Counted from the stretch's first letter, positions 21,930-35,207 are shown. The stretch: DNA of 64,000 bases from Narcine bancroftii (GCF_036971445.1 NC_091469.1:5828001-5892000), one strand, 5' to 3'. A program made the numbers and translations. Notes: generated from the sequence alone by a model not told the origin.

Positions 21930-24900
21930 AGAACATAGTTGTGCCGAACTTGAAATTACTAGGCTTTCTTATAGCCCTCTATTTTCCTAAGCTCCATGTA
22001 CCTATCCAAAAGTCTCTTAAAGGACCCGATCGTATCTTCCTCCACCACCGTTGCCAGCAGCCCATTCCACACACCCATCACTCTACGTAAAAAATGTATC
22101 CTCTGTACCTATTCTCCTGCACCTTAAACCTATGTCCTCTTGTTGCAACCATTTCAGCCCTGGGAAAAAGCCTCTAACTATTTACACTATCAATACCTCT
22201 CATCATCTTAAATACCTCTATCAGATCACCTCTCATCCTACACAACTCCAAGGAGAAATTCACTCAGCCTGTTTTCATAAGGTATGCTCCCTAAGCCAGG
22301 CAAAATCCTTGTAAATCTCCTCTGCACCCTTTCTATGGCTTCCACATCCTTCTGGAGGTGAGGTGACCAGAACTGAGCACAGTACTCCAAGTGGGGTCTG
22401 ACCAGGGCCCTATATAGCTGCAACATTACCTCTCGGCTCCTAAATTCAATTCCACAATTAATGAAGGCCAATACACCATTTGCCTTCTTAACCACAGAAT
22501 TGACCTGTGCAGTTGCTTTGAGTGTCCTATGGACTCAGACTTCAAGATCTTTCTGATCCTCCACACTGCTGACTTACCATTAATACTATATTCTGCCATC
22601 AAATATGACCTACCAAAATGAACTACTTCACACTTATCTGCCACTTCCAGCCCAGTTTCGCTGTATCCTCTAACAGCCCTCCACACTATCCACAACAACC
22701 CAATCTTTGTGTCATCAGCAAACTTACTAACCCATCTCTCCACTTTCTCATCCAGGTCATTTTTTTAAAAATCACGAAGAGTAAGGATCCCAGAACAAAT
22801 CCCCGAGGCCACCAACCTCCATGCAAAATATGACCCATCTACAACCAATCTTTGCCTTATGTGGGCAAGCCAGTTCTGGATCCACAAAGCAATGCCCCCT
22901 TGGATCCCATGCCTCCTTACTTTCTCAATAAGCCTTGCAAGGGGAACCTTATCAAAAGCTACACTGCATCTCCTGCTCTTCCTTCATCAATGTGTTCAGT
23001 CACATCCTCAAAAAATTCAATCAGGTTCGTAAGGTATGGCCTGCCCTTGACAAAGCCATGCTGACTATTCCTAATCATATTAACCTCTCCAAATGTTCAT
23101 AAATCCTGCCTCTCAGGATCTTCTCCATCAACGTACCAACCACTGAAGTAAGACTCATTGGTCTACAATTTCCTGAGCTATCTCTACTCCCTTTCTTGAA
23201 TAAAGGAACAGTATCTGCAACCTCCAATCTTCCAGAACCTCTCCCATCCCCATTGATGATTCAAAGATCATCGCCAGAGGCTCAGCCCCTCGCCTCCCAC
23301 TAGACTAGGGTACATCTCATCCAGTCCTGCGACTTATCCAACTTGATTCTTTCCAAAAGCTCCAGCACATCCTCTCTCTTAATATCTACATGCTCAACCC
23401 TTTCAGTCTGTGGCAAGTCATCATTACAATCACCAAGATCCTTTTCTGTAGTGAATACTGAAGTAAAATATTCATTAAGAACCTCTGTTATTTCCTCTGT
23501 AACAGATTTTAGATGTTTTTAGGAGATAAATTGGGGCAGGTTTTTTAGTGTAGGTCACATGCAGGTCTCATTTAAAATACTGGAGCTCAGCTCAAGCTAG
23601 GCAGGTCGGCTCCAAGATCCTTTGCAAAAACTTTGGAGAGTGCCCGAGACTTCACTAATGGATTGTTGTTCTGAAAAGCAACGGATGAAAGAACTCAGAG
23701 GAGTAGGTTTGGATCCGCAGGCTGTCTGGAGTGCTTCTTGCTGTTCTAAGGAGGGGGGGGGGGGTCATGTGGTTTTGCAAGCAGAGAGTGAGTCAAACAG
23801 GTTTTTCTCTGAGAGAGAGTATCAGTTCTGCAGTTTTTCAGTCAGCAGCAACAGCTTGGACTGGAACAGAACAAGCTGGCAAGCTTGTGGAAAACCCCCA
23901 TTTTGAACATGGGTTGTGAGTACTTAGTTCAGCCTGTCAAAGCCCTTATGGTTCATGCAAGAGGAGAGGACTGGCTGCCTAATGTTTCACTTGAAATAAG
24001 CGAAACAAAAAGGAACTCTTTGGTGACCTGAAAGAAAGAGGTTATCATCTGGAAAACCCTGATGGGGCAAGTTTCTTCAGCAAGACACTGAAGTGGCTGA
24101 TTAAAAGGGATCAGTTGTGGGTATCCTGTGAACAACAAATCTCTCTCTGAAAACCGAGAAGAACCTTTTTGAGCGGTAACCATTTACCTTTCAAGCACCA
24201 AAGCCTGGTGAACTTTATAAATGTTCAATTTTGTGCACAGTATAAGAATTGCCTGCAACCAATAACTTGGAGGAATGAGAAGTGAGATTGGACTGTAAAT
24301 CAAAGAACTTTTCTAAACTTACTCACACATTACATACATGTGCGCTTAAAATTAGAAGGGTTAAGTTAAGTTAATAGTGATAAGTTAAAGCGTGATTCTG
24401 TTTTCATGTTTAAAGATAATTAAAAGTAACTTTTGTTTAAGTAACCATTTGTCTTGGTGAATTTCTATTGCTGCTGGGTTTTGGGGGCCTCTAGGTTCGT
24501 AACATCTCCAGTTTCATACACTTTCCCACTGTCACACTTGATAGGTGCTGTTTTATCATGTCTTATCCTCTTGCTCTTCACAAACTTGTAGAATGCCTTG
24601 AGATTTTCCCCAATCCTGTCCACCAAGGCCTTCTCATGGTCCCTTCTAGCTCTCCTAATTTCCTTTTTATGATCCTTCCTGTTAGCTTTATAATCTTCTA
24701 GATCTCTAACATTATCTTGTTCTCTGAACCTTATGTAAGGTTTTCTTTTCTTTTTGACTAAATTTTTTTTTAGTCTTTGTATACCACAGTTCCTGTACCC
24801 TACCATAACTTTTCTGTCTCATTGGAACGTACCTATGAAGAACTTCACACAAATATCCCCTGAACATTTGCCACATTTCTTCTGTACTTTTCCCTGAAAA

Positions 24901-24970
24901 CATCCGTTCCCAATTTAAGCTTCCAATTTCCTGCCTGATGGTCTCATAATTCCCCTTACTCCAATGAAAC
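21930..24970 (-). mobile_element. Long CR1 LINE fragment interrupted by a solo LTR
   Basis: KFADDTKIG, LVRPHLEYCAQFWSP, KAFYKFVKSKR. Confidence 0.88.
23498..24504. mobile_element. Solo LTR (~1 kb)
   Basis: Termini TGTAAC...GTAACA; CR1 sequence resumes on both sides; near-TSD CCTC/TCTC. Confidence 0.75.
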
Positions 24971-25730
24971 TCCCTCCCTGTCTACCCCAGATCACCGACT
25001 ACATCACTCCTTCTCTATACCAGGTCCGTGACTGCATCACACCTTCTCCACCCCAAATCACCACTGCATCACTCCCTCTCTAACTGCTGATCCCTGACTA
25101 TTATACCCCCTCTCAATACAGGGCCTCCAACAATATTACCCTCTCTCTATGCTAGGTTCCTGACTGCATATCTTCCCCTCTACCCAATTGATTGCATCAC
25201 TCAATATCCCAGATCCCCAACTGCATCACCCCCTCTCTAACCCCAATAGATTGCATCACCCTCTCTCTAACCTCGATAGATTGCATCACACCCTTTCTCA
25301 CCCCAATTGACTGTATCACCCCCTCTCTAACTGAAATCAACTACATCACTCCCTCTCTAATCTGTACTACTCCCCTCTAACCCCAAATGACTGTCTCAGC
25401 CCCTCTCTACCCCGATCCTCGAATGAATCACTCCCTCTCTACCCCTGGTCCCCAACTATATCACTCCCTCTCTAACGCCAATCAACTGTATCACTCCTCT
25501 GCTCCTGTTCAACTGTAACACTCCCTCTCCATCCCTGATCAATTGTATCACCCCACTTCTACCCTCAATCGACTATCACTCCCTCACTAATCCTAATCAA
25601 ATGTCTCACCCCCTCGCTATACTGAGTCTCCGAGTTATCACCCCCTCTCAATACAGGGTCCCCAACTGTATCACTTCCGATCCTCGTCTGTATCATCTCC
25701 CTCTCTAACCCCAATCTCCAACTGTAAGGG
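24965..25730. repeat. ~27-bp degenerate minisatellite (GACTGTATCACTCCCTCTCTAACCCC..); also at ~20090-20265 and 21780-21930
   Basis: Repeated CITPSL-coding unit; the array is split by the hAT and CR1 insertions. Confidence 0.85.
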
Positions 25731-26290
25731 AGACTCCATCCTTATTCCTCTCCCCCTCACCCTTCATACACCCCATCTATTTTTTCCTACCCCATCTATT
25801 TTTTCCTACCCCATCCCTCCACAAACCACCTTCTATATGCTCCACCTTCCCCTTCCCTCTTCACCCTTTCCCTCCCTCCCCAACCTCACCTTGTCTGTTC
25901 CATCCTCCTAATCCCTGTAATTTCCTACCATCATTCCTCTGCTACCTTCTCGGCTCCCTCTTCCACTTCTCCAATCCCTCTACCCCCTCCTTTACCACCT
26001 CCATCCCATTTCTTTTCCCACCTCTGCTCCTTCCTCTCCCACCTCATCCCTTCAACCACACCTTCTCTGTTGTCCTTTCCCCCTTCCCTGTACTCCCCCT
26101 CCAATCGTCCTTTCCCTCTCCAATCCATTCCTCCTCCTCCCTCTCCTTTGAATTCCTCCACCTCCCAAAACCCCCCGTCTCCACTCTGCACTTCCCTCCT
26201 GCCCCTTCCCCTCCCTCACCTACCCAACATTCCCTGCTTCCCCACATCCTCCCTCTGCCCCATCCCATCCCTCTACTCCACCCCCCTTAC

Positions 26291-26440
26291 CTGCTTGGCC
26301 AGCGCCACCCTCTTCATCATCACCTCCATCTGTTCATCAGCCACCTTCACACGCAGCAGGGAGTCCGCGTCCGCCATCTTGCGACCCTCCGCCCTCTCCT
26401 TGTCTTCCAGCTCCCTCATCCTCTGTTTCAGGGCCTCCAG
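26291..26440 (-). CDS. RNF20: RNF20 coding exon 14
   Basis: LEALKQRMRELEDKERAEGRKMADADSLLRVKVADEQMEVMMKRVALAKQ; 150 nt. Confidence 0.92.
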
Positions 26441-26883
26441 CTGTTCAGGGAGGAGGAGGAGGTGGGGTAGGGGGATGTTAAATGGTGAGTGGTGAGAGGT
26501 GTGACACCATCTCCAAAACCCTTTCTCCCCTGCCCCCCTTCCCTCTCCATGACATAAAGGGTGTGTAACCCACCCACTTCTCTCCAACCCCACCAAGTCC
26601 TCACCGACTATGACCTCCCTGACAGCATTTCTCAGTGACCTCCCCAATCCAGACCTCTCAGTCACCTCTCCGAGCATGATGGCCCACAGACCTCCATGAC
26701 CTCTCTGAACCAGACTTCTCCATGTCTACCCTGACCTTTCCATGACAATCCAGACTCTGATCTGTGCGACCCTCCAGCCCCCCAACCATAAGCTCTCCAA
26801 CTGTGACCTCGCCGACTTCCCATGAACACTTCAACCCTCATCTCCTCGAGCTGACCTCTCCATCTCAGGGGCTGACCTCTCAC

Positions 26884-27001
26884 CTCTGCCTTGGCCCTTC
26901 TCTCTGCAGCCATCAGCTGCACTTTGTCTCGATGTTCCTTCGGAGACGATCGGTACATGTCCAGCAGAAGCTTCATCTCTTTCTGACTCTCCTGGGCCCT
27001 C
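26884..27001 (-). CDS. RNF20: RNF20 coding exon 13
   Basis: [39 protein letters not shown]. Confidence 0.94.
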
Positions 27002-27109
27002 CTGGGAGAGGGGGGGGGGGGGGGGGGAGAAAGAGAGAGAGAAAGAGAGAGAAGTGAAGGGGAGAGAGTGTGGGGAGAGCATGGGGGAGGGCAAGAGCAG
27101 GGTGTGGTG

Positions 27110-27802
27110 GAGGAAGAGGGGGAGAAGGGGGAAGAGGGGGAGAAGGGGAAGAGGGGGAGAAGGGGAAGAGGGGAGAAGGGGAAGAGGGGGAGAAGGGGAA
27201 GAGGGGGAGAAGGGAAAGAGGGGGAGAAGGGAAAGAGGGGGAGAAGGGAAGGGGGGGAGAAGGGAAGGGGGGGAGAAGGGAAGGGGGGGAGAAGGGGAAG
27301 AGGGGGAGAAGGGGAAGAGGGGGAGAAGGGGAAGAGGGGGAGAAGGGGAAGAGGGGGAGAAGGGGAAGAGGGGGAGAAGGGGAAGAGGGGGAGAAGGGGA
27401 AGAGGGGGAGAAGGGGAAGAGGGGGAGAAGGGGAAGAGGGGAGAAGGGGAAGGGGGAGAAGGGGAAGAGGGGAGAAGGGGAAGAGGGGAGAAGGGGAAGA
27501 GGGGGAGAAGGGGGAGAAGGGGAAGAGGGGGAGAAGGGGAAGAGGGGGAGAAGGGGAAGAGGGGGAGAAGGGGAAGAGGGGGAGAAGGGGAAGAGGGGGA
27601 GAAGGGGAAGAGGGGGAGAAGGGGAAGAGGGGGAGAAGGGGAAGAGGGGGAGAAGGGGAAGAGGGGGAGAAGGGGAAGAGGGGGAGAAGGGGAAGAGGGG
27701 GAGAAGGGGAAGAGGGGGAGAAGGGGAAGAGGGGGAGAAGGGGAAGAGGGGGAGAAGGGGAAGAGGGGGAGAAGGGGAAGAGGGGGAGAAGGGGAAGAGG
27801 GA
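27110..27802. repeat. Pure-purine 17-bp minisatellite (GGGGGAGAAGGGGAAGA)
   Basis: ~690 bp containing only G and A. Confidence 0.95.
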
Positions 27803-28334
27803 TGTAGGAAGGGTGAGGGGAGTGGGGGTGAGGAGGGGTGAGGCGAGAGGGATAAGGGGAGAGGGGGTTTTGGAGAGGCAGGAGGGGAGAGGCGGGAAGG
27901 GAGAGGGATTGCAAGAGGCATTATCCCTGGATCAGACACATAGTGCACCATGCAGAATTCCCCGAATCCAAATCTCACACTGGGAGCACCGTACATAGTT
28001 CCCCATCCCCATATCTAACACCATTAATACCCCGTGCACACTACCTGGTGTCTGTATCTCAGTCTGGGAGCAGCATGCACAGTTCCCCATTTCCATATCC
28101 CACTCCGGGTTAAATGTCAATAGTTCCCCGTCTCTGTATTCCACATTGGGAACACCATGCACAGTTCTCTATCTTGATATCTCACACAAAGAGCACCGTA
28201 CAGAGTTCTCCATTCTCCATATCCCACAGAGCATCGTGCAGTTTCCCAATCTTCGAAACCCACACCAGAAACATTGTGCACAGTTCTCCATCTCTGTATG
28301 GCACACCAGGATGGCATGGTTCTCAATCTCCATA

Positions 28335-30820
28335 TCAACTCTATTGTAATCTATAGGCCCCCAAATAGCCCTATGGACACCAAGGAGCAGATACGCAGGC
28401 AGTTTTTGGAATAGTGCAGGAAATACAGAGTTGTAATTACAGGTGATTTCAACTTCCTTAATATTGTCTGGCACCTACTGATTGCAAGAGGGAGATGGGG
28501 TTGAATTTGTCAGGTGTGTACAAGAAGGATTCCTGACACTGTATATTGACCAGCCAGTGAGAGGAGAAGCCATATTGGATCTAATTCTGGGTAATGATCC
28601 TGGTCACATGGGGGACCTCTCAGTGGGGAGAGCATTTTGGTGAGAATAACCACAACTCCTTGAGCCTTAGCATAACTATGAATAAGGATAAAAGCAGACA
28701 AAATGGGGAAGAGTTTAATTGGGGAAGGGCTAATTATGATGGGTTAAGGCAGGAATTAGCTAGAGCAAATTGGAAACAGTTGTTCAAGGGTGAAAGCACA
28801 GAACTAATATGGAGGAAGTTTAGGGACTACTTGTATGGGGTTCAGGATAGGTATGTCCCATTGGGACAGGGAAAAGATGGTAGGATAAGGGAACCGTGGT
28901 TGATGAAGCAGGTGAAGAGGAGGAAGAAGGAAGCATACATTAGATATAGGAAGAGGATAACAGGAAAGGCTTATGAGATGTATATGGTAGCCAGGAAGGA
29001 GTTTAAGGAAGGACTTGGGAAAGCTTGAAAGAGCCTTGAGAAGGCCTTGACATGTAGAATTAAGGAGAACCCCAAGTCGTTTTATGCATATGTGAAGAAC
29101 AGGATGACAAGAAGTCACTAAAGAATAAAGAGGCAACATGTGTCTGGAGGCGGAGGAGGTTGGGGAGGTCCTAAATTAATAATTTGCTTCGGTATTCACA
29201 AGAACTTGATCAGGGTGAGGCTGGAATAGAACAGGCCTGTGTCCTGGATAATGTGAATATTAAGGAAGAGAAAGTGTTTGATCTTTTTAAAAAACATCAG
29301 GATTGATTGTGTCCCGGGACCAGACACAATATATGCCAGGTTGCTGTGGGAAGTGAGAGAATAGATAGCTGGAGCAGTAGCTATGATCTTTGAATCCTCT
29401 TTGGCTGCAGGGGAGGTATCGGAGGATTGGAGAATGGCAAATGTAGTCCCCTTGTTTAAAAAAAGGTAATAGGAAGAATCCTGGGAATTTAGACTGGTGA
29501 GTCTAACATCAGTGGTGTGCAAACTATTGGAGAGGATTCTTAAGGATAGGATCTATGAGCATTTGCAAGGATAGTCAGCATGGCTTTGTGAAGGGAAGGT
29601 CATGCCTCATGAGCCTAATTGAGTTTTTTGAGGAGGTAAAAGGAAATTGATGAAGGTAGAGCAGTAAATATGGTCTACATGGATTTTAACAAAGCATTTG
29701 ATAAAATCCCCCATGAGAGACTTGTTCATGAGGCATGGATTCCATGGAACTTTGGTTGCATGGATTAAAAAATTGGCTTGCAGGTAGAAAGAAGAGTAGC
29801 AATGGAAGGAAAGTATATTGCCTGGAGGTCAGAGACTAGTGGAGTGCTGCAAGGATCTGTTCTGGGACCCCAGCTCTTTGTGATTTTTATAAATGTCCTG
29901 GATGAAGAGCCGGAAGGATGGTTTACGAATGATATGAAAGTTGGAGGAGTTGTGGGTGGAGCTGAAGGTTGTCGAAGATTACAAGAGGATATAAACAGGA
30001 TGCAGAGTTGGGCAGAAAGTGGCAGATGCAGTTCAATCCAAATAAGTGTGAGGTGATGCATTTTGGAAGGACAAATCAGAAGGCTGAGTACAGGGTTAAT
30101 GGTCGGTTACTTAACAATGTTGGATGTACAGGGAGACCTTAGGGTCCAAATCCATAGATCCCTCAAGGTCGCTGTAGAGGTTGACAGGATAGTTAAGATG
30201 GCCTATGGAATGCTGGGCTTCATTAATAGAGGGATTGAGTTCAAGATTTGAGAGGTCATGTTGCAACTCTACAAATCTCTGGTCAGACCACACTTGGAGA
30301 ATTCTGTTCAGATCTGGTCACCTCATTTAGGAAGGATGGAGAGGGTGCACAGGGGATTTACCAGAATGATGCCTGGATTGGGAAACAAGTCTTATGAGGC
30401 AAGGTTGGCAGAACTGGAAGTTTTCTCTTTGGAGCCTAGAAGGATGAGAGGAAACTTAATAGAGGTCTACAAGATTATGAAAAGGCATAGATAGGGTGGA
30501 GAGTCAGGACCTGTTTCCCAGGGCAGGATCTGCAAACACCAGAGGACAAGAATACCAAGTGAAGGGAGGGAAGTTTAGGAGGGACATCAGGGGTTTGTTT
30601 TTATTTATGCAGAGAGTTGTGGGTTCCTGGAATGCCTTGCCCAGAATGGCGATGGATGCTGAAACATTGGGAGCATTTAAGAGACTGTTAGAGAAGCACA
30701 TAGATGAAAAAAAAGAGGATTACGGGGTAGGGAAGGTTTAGTAGGTTTTTTTTAAAAAAGGAATATATGGGTCGGCACATCAAGGGCCGAAGGGCCTGTA
30801 CTGTGCTGTAGTGTTCTATA
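28335..30820 (+). mobile_element. CR1 LINE, most of ORF2 (EN to 3' end), degenerate; inserted in a ~45-bp minisatellite (27930-28335, 30820-30945)
   Basis: VITGDFN endonuclease motif, WRMANVVPLFKKG, QGSVLGPQLF, LVRPHLE, 3' tail. Confidence 0.9.
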
Positions 30821-30952
30821 TCCAAAATCAGGAGCACTGTGGTCAGTTCCCAATCTCCCTATCCCACCAGGCACAGTTTTCTCTCTCTCCGTATCTCACA
30901 CGAGGAGCACTGTGCACTTTTCCCCGTCTCCGCATGCCACACTGGAACCTAC

Positions 30953-31235
30953 TTGAGATCAGCCTTCATTTGCTTGATGACGTCAGCCTCCTTCCTCCTC
31001 CCCTCTTCACTCCTCCCTTTCTCTTTCTCTCCTTCCTTCTCTCGCCCCTTCTCCCGGGGCCGCTCCTTGTTCCGACGATCCCTCTCCCTTTCCTCCTCAT
31101 CTGCTCTCCGAGATCTCAGCTCCTCCTCTGGAGCAGGCACTTCTTGCTTCACTCGTTTCCCCCCAGGGTCCTCAGGTCTTTTTTAGGGGGGTCTGCGGGG
31201 GTAGAGGGGGAGGGGGTGGGGACTCGAAGACGTGC
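30953..31235 (-). CDS. RNF20: RNF20 coding exon 12 (charged region; apparent 1-nt deletion at ~31160-31200)
   Basis: ARLR... then, in a second frame, VKQEVPAPEEELRSRRADEEERER...RRKEADVIKQMKADLK; 283 nt where the phases require 284. Confidence 0.85.
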
Positions 31236-32127
31236 CTGTGGGAGGGGGAAGAGCGAGAGAGTCAGTGAGGCAGGGGAAACAGAGGGGCAGGGGGGAGGGT
31301 GAGGGGAAAAGGATGGGAGGGGAAAGAGAGGAATGGGGAAGGAGCGAGTCGGGAAGAAGGGGTGGGAAGGAGGGGAAAGAGGGAAGGACGGGGTTGGGAT
31401 GGAGGGGTCATGTAAGGAAGGAGGGATTAAGGAAGGGGAGTTATGAGGTGGGGATGGGGAGAGGGGTGGGAAAGAAGAGGGGCTAAGGGGGCAAAAGGGA
31501 CAGGGTGCAATGTTGGGCAAGGGGGTGGAGGTTGGGGGAGAAGGGAGGGGACAGAGAAAGGGGTGTGGAAACGGGAGAGCAGGGTGAGGAGGAGGAGAGG
31601 GGAGAAAGGATAGGGGGAGGGGGAGAGGGGAGAAAGGATAGGGGGAGGGGGAGAGGGGAGAAAGGATAGGGGAGGGGGAGAGAGGGTGTTGGGGGAGAAT
31701 GGTTTGGGAAAGGGAGTGAGGGTAGAGATAGGGGAGAAGGGGAGGGCAGTGAGGGGAGAGGATATGAAAGGTGAAGGGGGGAGAAGAGGGGGCAAGAAGG
31801 TTGTGATGGAAAGAGCAGGGAGGTGAGGAGGGGAGAGTCAGGAACGAGGGGTGCAAGGGGGGGTAGAGGGGATGGAGTTGGGAGAAAGGGGAAGGGGTGA
31901 ATAGTGCATGGGGGAGAGGGGAACATTGGTGATGTGGGAGATGGGGGTGTGAGGGGGTGGTATGGGGGAAAAAGGGGGACACAAGAGGGAGGGGAGATGG
32001 GGAAGGGGTGAAGGCAGAGTGAGCGGGGTGCAAGAGGGGCTGGGTAATGGGGTTAGATGAGCAGGAGATGGGGTTGGGCAGGAGAGGTGGGAGGCTGTGA
32101 GTGGGAGAGAGAGTGAGCAAAACTCAC

Positions 32128-32290
32128 CGGTGCCAGCTCACTGTGTGCCTCCCACACCTTGCGTCGTACTTTGGCCAGCTCACTGTGGGTCTCGCGCATC
32201 TTGCGTTTGTAACGCTGAACGTCCCCTTCAGCTGATGGTTGTGGTTCTGGAGACTGCTGATTAGGTGGCGCATCTCCCTGTTGATGGGAC
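32128..32290 (-). CDS. RNF20: RNF20 coding exon 11 (apparent 1-nt deletion at ~32223-32226; alternative donor at 32170)
   Basis: [23 protein letters not shown] / [17 protein letters not shown] in shifted frames. Confidence 0.87.
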
Positions 32291-32469
32291 CTGCGTGGAG
32301 ATAGGTGTCAGTCACTGGATCTCATCTCCTTCCCCCCTCTGTCTGTCTGCCCCCTCTCTCCCAATCCACGCCTCTCTCTCCTTCCTCTTCCTCCCCTTCA
32401 TTACTCGCTCCTCTCCTCCCCTTCCAACCTCTCCCCTTCTCCTCCCCCTCCCCCACTCCCCAAACCCAC

Positions 32470-32605
32470 CAGCTTGCTCGTTGGCAGCCAGCGTCTGCTC
32501 AAACTCCAGCCTCAGCATCTCGTACTCCTTGCGAACCTGGGCCAGTGTGTCCTCCAGTTGGATCACCTCTGTCCTCAGCTTTGTATGGAGGCCGGCCTCA
32601 TCTCC
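32470..32605 (-). CDS. RNF20: RNF20 coding exon 10
   Basis: [45 protein letters not shown]. Confidence 0.94.
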
Positions 32606-33250
32606 CTGCAGTGCCGGGGATGGGCAGTGTCAGGATTCAGCTCATTACACCTCAGGATCATTCCCCTCAGGGTTAACCCCTCAATACATCACTTCCTAAC
32701 CCTGGACACTCCCTGACATTCATTTGTCACAACCCATGGACTTTAATCAGAAATGCCACGCTTCCCTCTGCACCACCCAGACCCCAGCCTTGTGCACCTT
32801 GGTCTCCTCCCTGGACCCCTATACCCCCCACCCCTAAATCCCCTTCACTGCCCCTCAGATGCCCCCCCACTGCATCCCCTCTCCACTCCTCCCAGACCCC
32901 TTTGTACTCTTCCCTGGAACCCCACGCTCTCCTCCCCTGGATGCCTCCGCTCTCATCCTCCCTGAACACCCCGCACTCCTCCCCCTCCCCAGACCCCCTG
33001 CCCTCCCCCTCCAGACCTCCTGCATTGCCTCCCAGAACCCCCACACAGCTCCCAGGCCCCCACACATCTCCCAAGCCACATTGAGAGTCTTGGACCCCCA
33101 ACCACCCCCATCTCCCGGCTTCACAAGAGTCTCCCTCCACTCTGGTTAAATCCCGGACCTACGAGTCTCTTCGCACTCCCTCTCGCCACCCACCCCACCT
33201 GGTTGAAACCTGGTTCAATCACTGGAACCCCTGGTTCTCCCCACACCTAC

Positions 33251-33430
33251 CCCCATTTGCTGAATCTGTCTGTGATGGACGGAGCGTGTACTGAGCAGCA
33301 AGGCCCGTGCCTCATCGAGCTGTGACTTGGCCTGAAGGCTCTCATTGTACAGGACGGAGAACTGAGATTGCAGGCAGCGGAAGTCTGGAGTCTCCCGCAC
33401 CACCTCGCTGGCTCGGGTTTTCAGCTCTTC
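33251..33430 (-). CDS. RNF20: RNF20 coding exon 9
   Basis: [45 protein letters not shown]...; 180 nt. Confidence 0.93.
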
Positions 33431-33741
33431 CTGTGGGGGGAGAGGAAGGGTGAGAGGATGGGAAGGGGTGGGTAAGATTGAGGGGGCGGTGAGGAGGAGG
33501 GGGCAATGAAGGGTGACAAGGGTTGGGAGGGGCAAGAGAGGGGAGAGAAGAGGTGGGCAGGGGGGGAGAAGGGAGCATGAAGGGGGTGCGAGAAGTGGGG
33601 TGTGAGGGGCGAGAAGAGGGGGGAAGGGGAGATTAATTTGCAATTTATTATGTCTTATTTATTGTGCTACTCTTTCCCCCCCCCCCCTCTCTCTCCCACT
33701 CTCTCCATTTCTCTCCACCTCCTTCTTGGACAGTCCCTGAC

Positions 33742-33861
33742 CTTTAGCTTGAGGTTCTCGCTGGTGACTTGCTGGAGGTCCTGTCGGAGTTTCTCAAGCT
33801 CTGAAAGACGGTTCAGGGCAATTTCCTTGTTCTCCTCCAGATCCGAATTCATCTCCTCAAA
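33742..33861 (-). CDS. RNF20: RNF20 coding exon 8
   Basis: FEEMNSDLEENKEIALNRLSELEKLRQDLQQVTSENLKLK. Confidence 0.94.
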
Positions 33862-34380
33862 CTGTATGGGGGGTGGGGGAGGGCAAGGGGTGGGGGTTGT
33901 AGGGAGAGAGAGTGATTGAGAGGGACAGAAAGAATAGACAGGTAACTGCAGATCGAAACACTTTCTCACTCTTCTCCTCCAAAGGAGCTCCATCCCTCCC
34001 GAGAAACTTTCTCCCTCCCTTCCCGAGGAGCTCTCTCCCTCTCTCCTCTAATGTGAAGATCCTTCCCTCTCCTCTCTTCTGGAGGAGCTCTCTCTCCTCC
34101 TCTCACAAGGAGCTCCCTCCCTCCCGAGAAACTCTCTCCCTCCCTTCCCCGAGTTCTCTCCCTCTCTCTCCTAATGAGGAGATCCCTCCCTCCCCACTCT
34201 TCTGGAGAAGCTCTCTCCCTCCTTCTCTCCTCTCACAAGGAGCTCCCTCTCTCTCCTTCCAACGAGCTTCCTCCATGCAACTCCAGGAACTCCCTTCTTC
34301 TTGACCCCCCCCCCACCCCTACCCTTGTCGAGGGAGCTCCCTCCCTCTATTTCCCTCTCATTTCCCCTCCCTGCACTCAC

Positions 34381-34458
34381 CTTCCTGGCATTGATGGTAA
34401 CTGTTCCTCCATACAAATTACTCGATCCTCCATAAACTTTATAACCTTTCGATTTCAC
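34381..34458 (-). CDS. RNF20: RNF20 coding exon 7
   Basis: VKSKGYKVYGGSSNLYGGTVTINARK, which is RNF20-type rather than RNF40-type. Confidence 0.94.
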
Positions 34459-34728
34459 CTGAAGAGAATGCAGGGGAAAGATAAATATCACCCCAGAAAT
34501 GTATGATGGGACAGTGCAGAGCAAACTTCACTCTTTCCCACCCTGGGAGTGTATGATAGGATAGGGAGAGGAGCTTCACTCTGTGTCCTTCTAGGGGAAT
34601 AAGTGATGAGGGAGCTTCATGTGTGTCCCACCCCGGGAGTATTTGATGTGATGGTGTGGACAGAGTTTTACTCTGTGTCTCACCCCTGGAGTGTGAGATG
34701 GGAAGGGGGAAGGGAGAATTACACTCAC

Positions 34729-34875
34729 CCTCTCCAGAACCTCGGCCAAATGCCTGTTCAAACGCTGCTCTCGTTTCCGAATCTTGTCGGTGTCCCACTG
34801 CAAGTCTTCGATGCGGCTCTGCATATCCAATATCCGCTCATCTGCTTGCTCCAAGCGTTCCTGGAGCTGGGAACC
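34729..34875 (-). CDS. RNF20: RNF20 coding exon 6
   Basis: GSQLQERLEQADERILDMQSRIEDLQWDTDKIRKREQRLNRHLAEVLER. Confidence 0.94.
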
Positions 34876-35207
34876 CTGTGAGAAAGTGAGAAGTGGGGCA
34901 GAGAGAAATCCTTCCCCTCCCCCTTCGCCCTCTCCACTCCCTCCTTACTCTCCCTCTGCTCCTTCCTTCCTGTTTCCATGTCCTGCACCATCCTCCTCCT
35001 CTCCCAACCATTACCTCTTTTGTCCAAACCAACCCTTCCTTCCCTTCCTCTTCCTTCTTTTCCTCTACTTGGTCTCCACCCATTACCCTCTTTATCTTAT
35101 CCTCTCCCTCCCCTTACCTTGGCCATTCCTTCCACTGACTGCCCTTCTCCCTTTTTCCCACCTGTCCCTTCCTGTCTTTCCTGTCATGTCAGTCACCCCT
35201 ACCTCAC

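Noticed and set aside
26662-27998. Collagen-like or Gly/Arg-rich ORFs (also 18093-19301 and 39258-40512)
   Set aside because: They come from purine-rich repeats that lack stop codons, or span an N gap.
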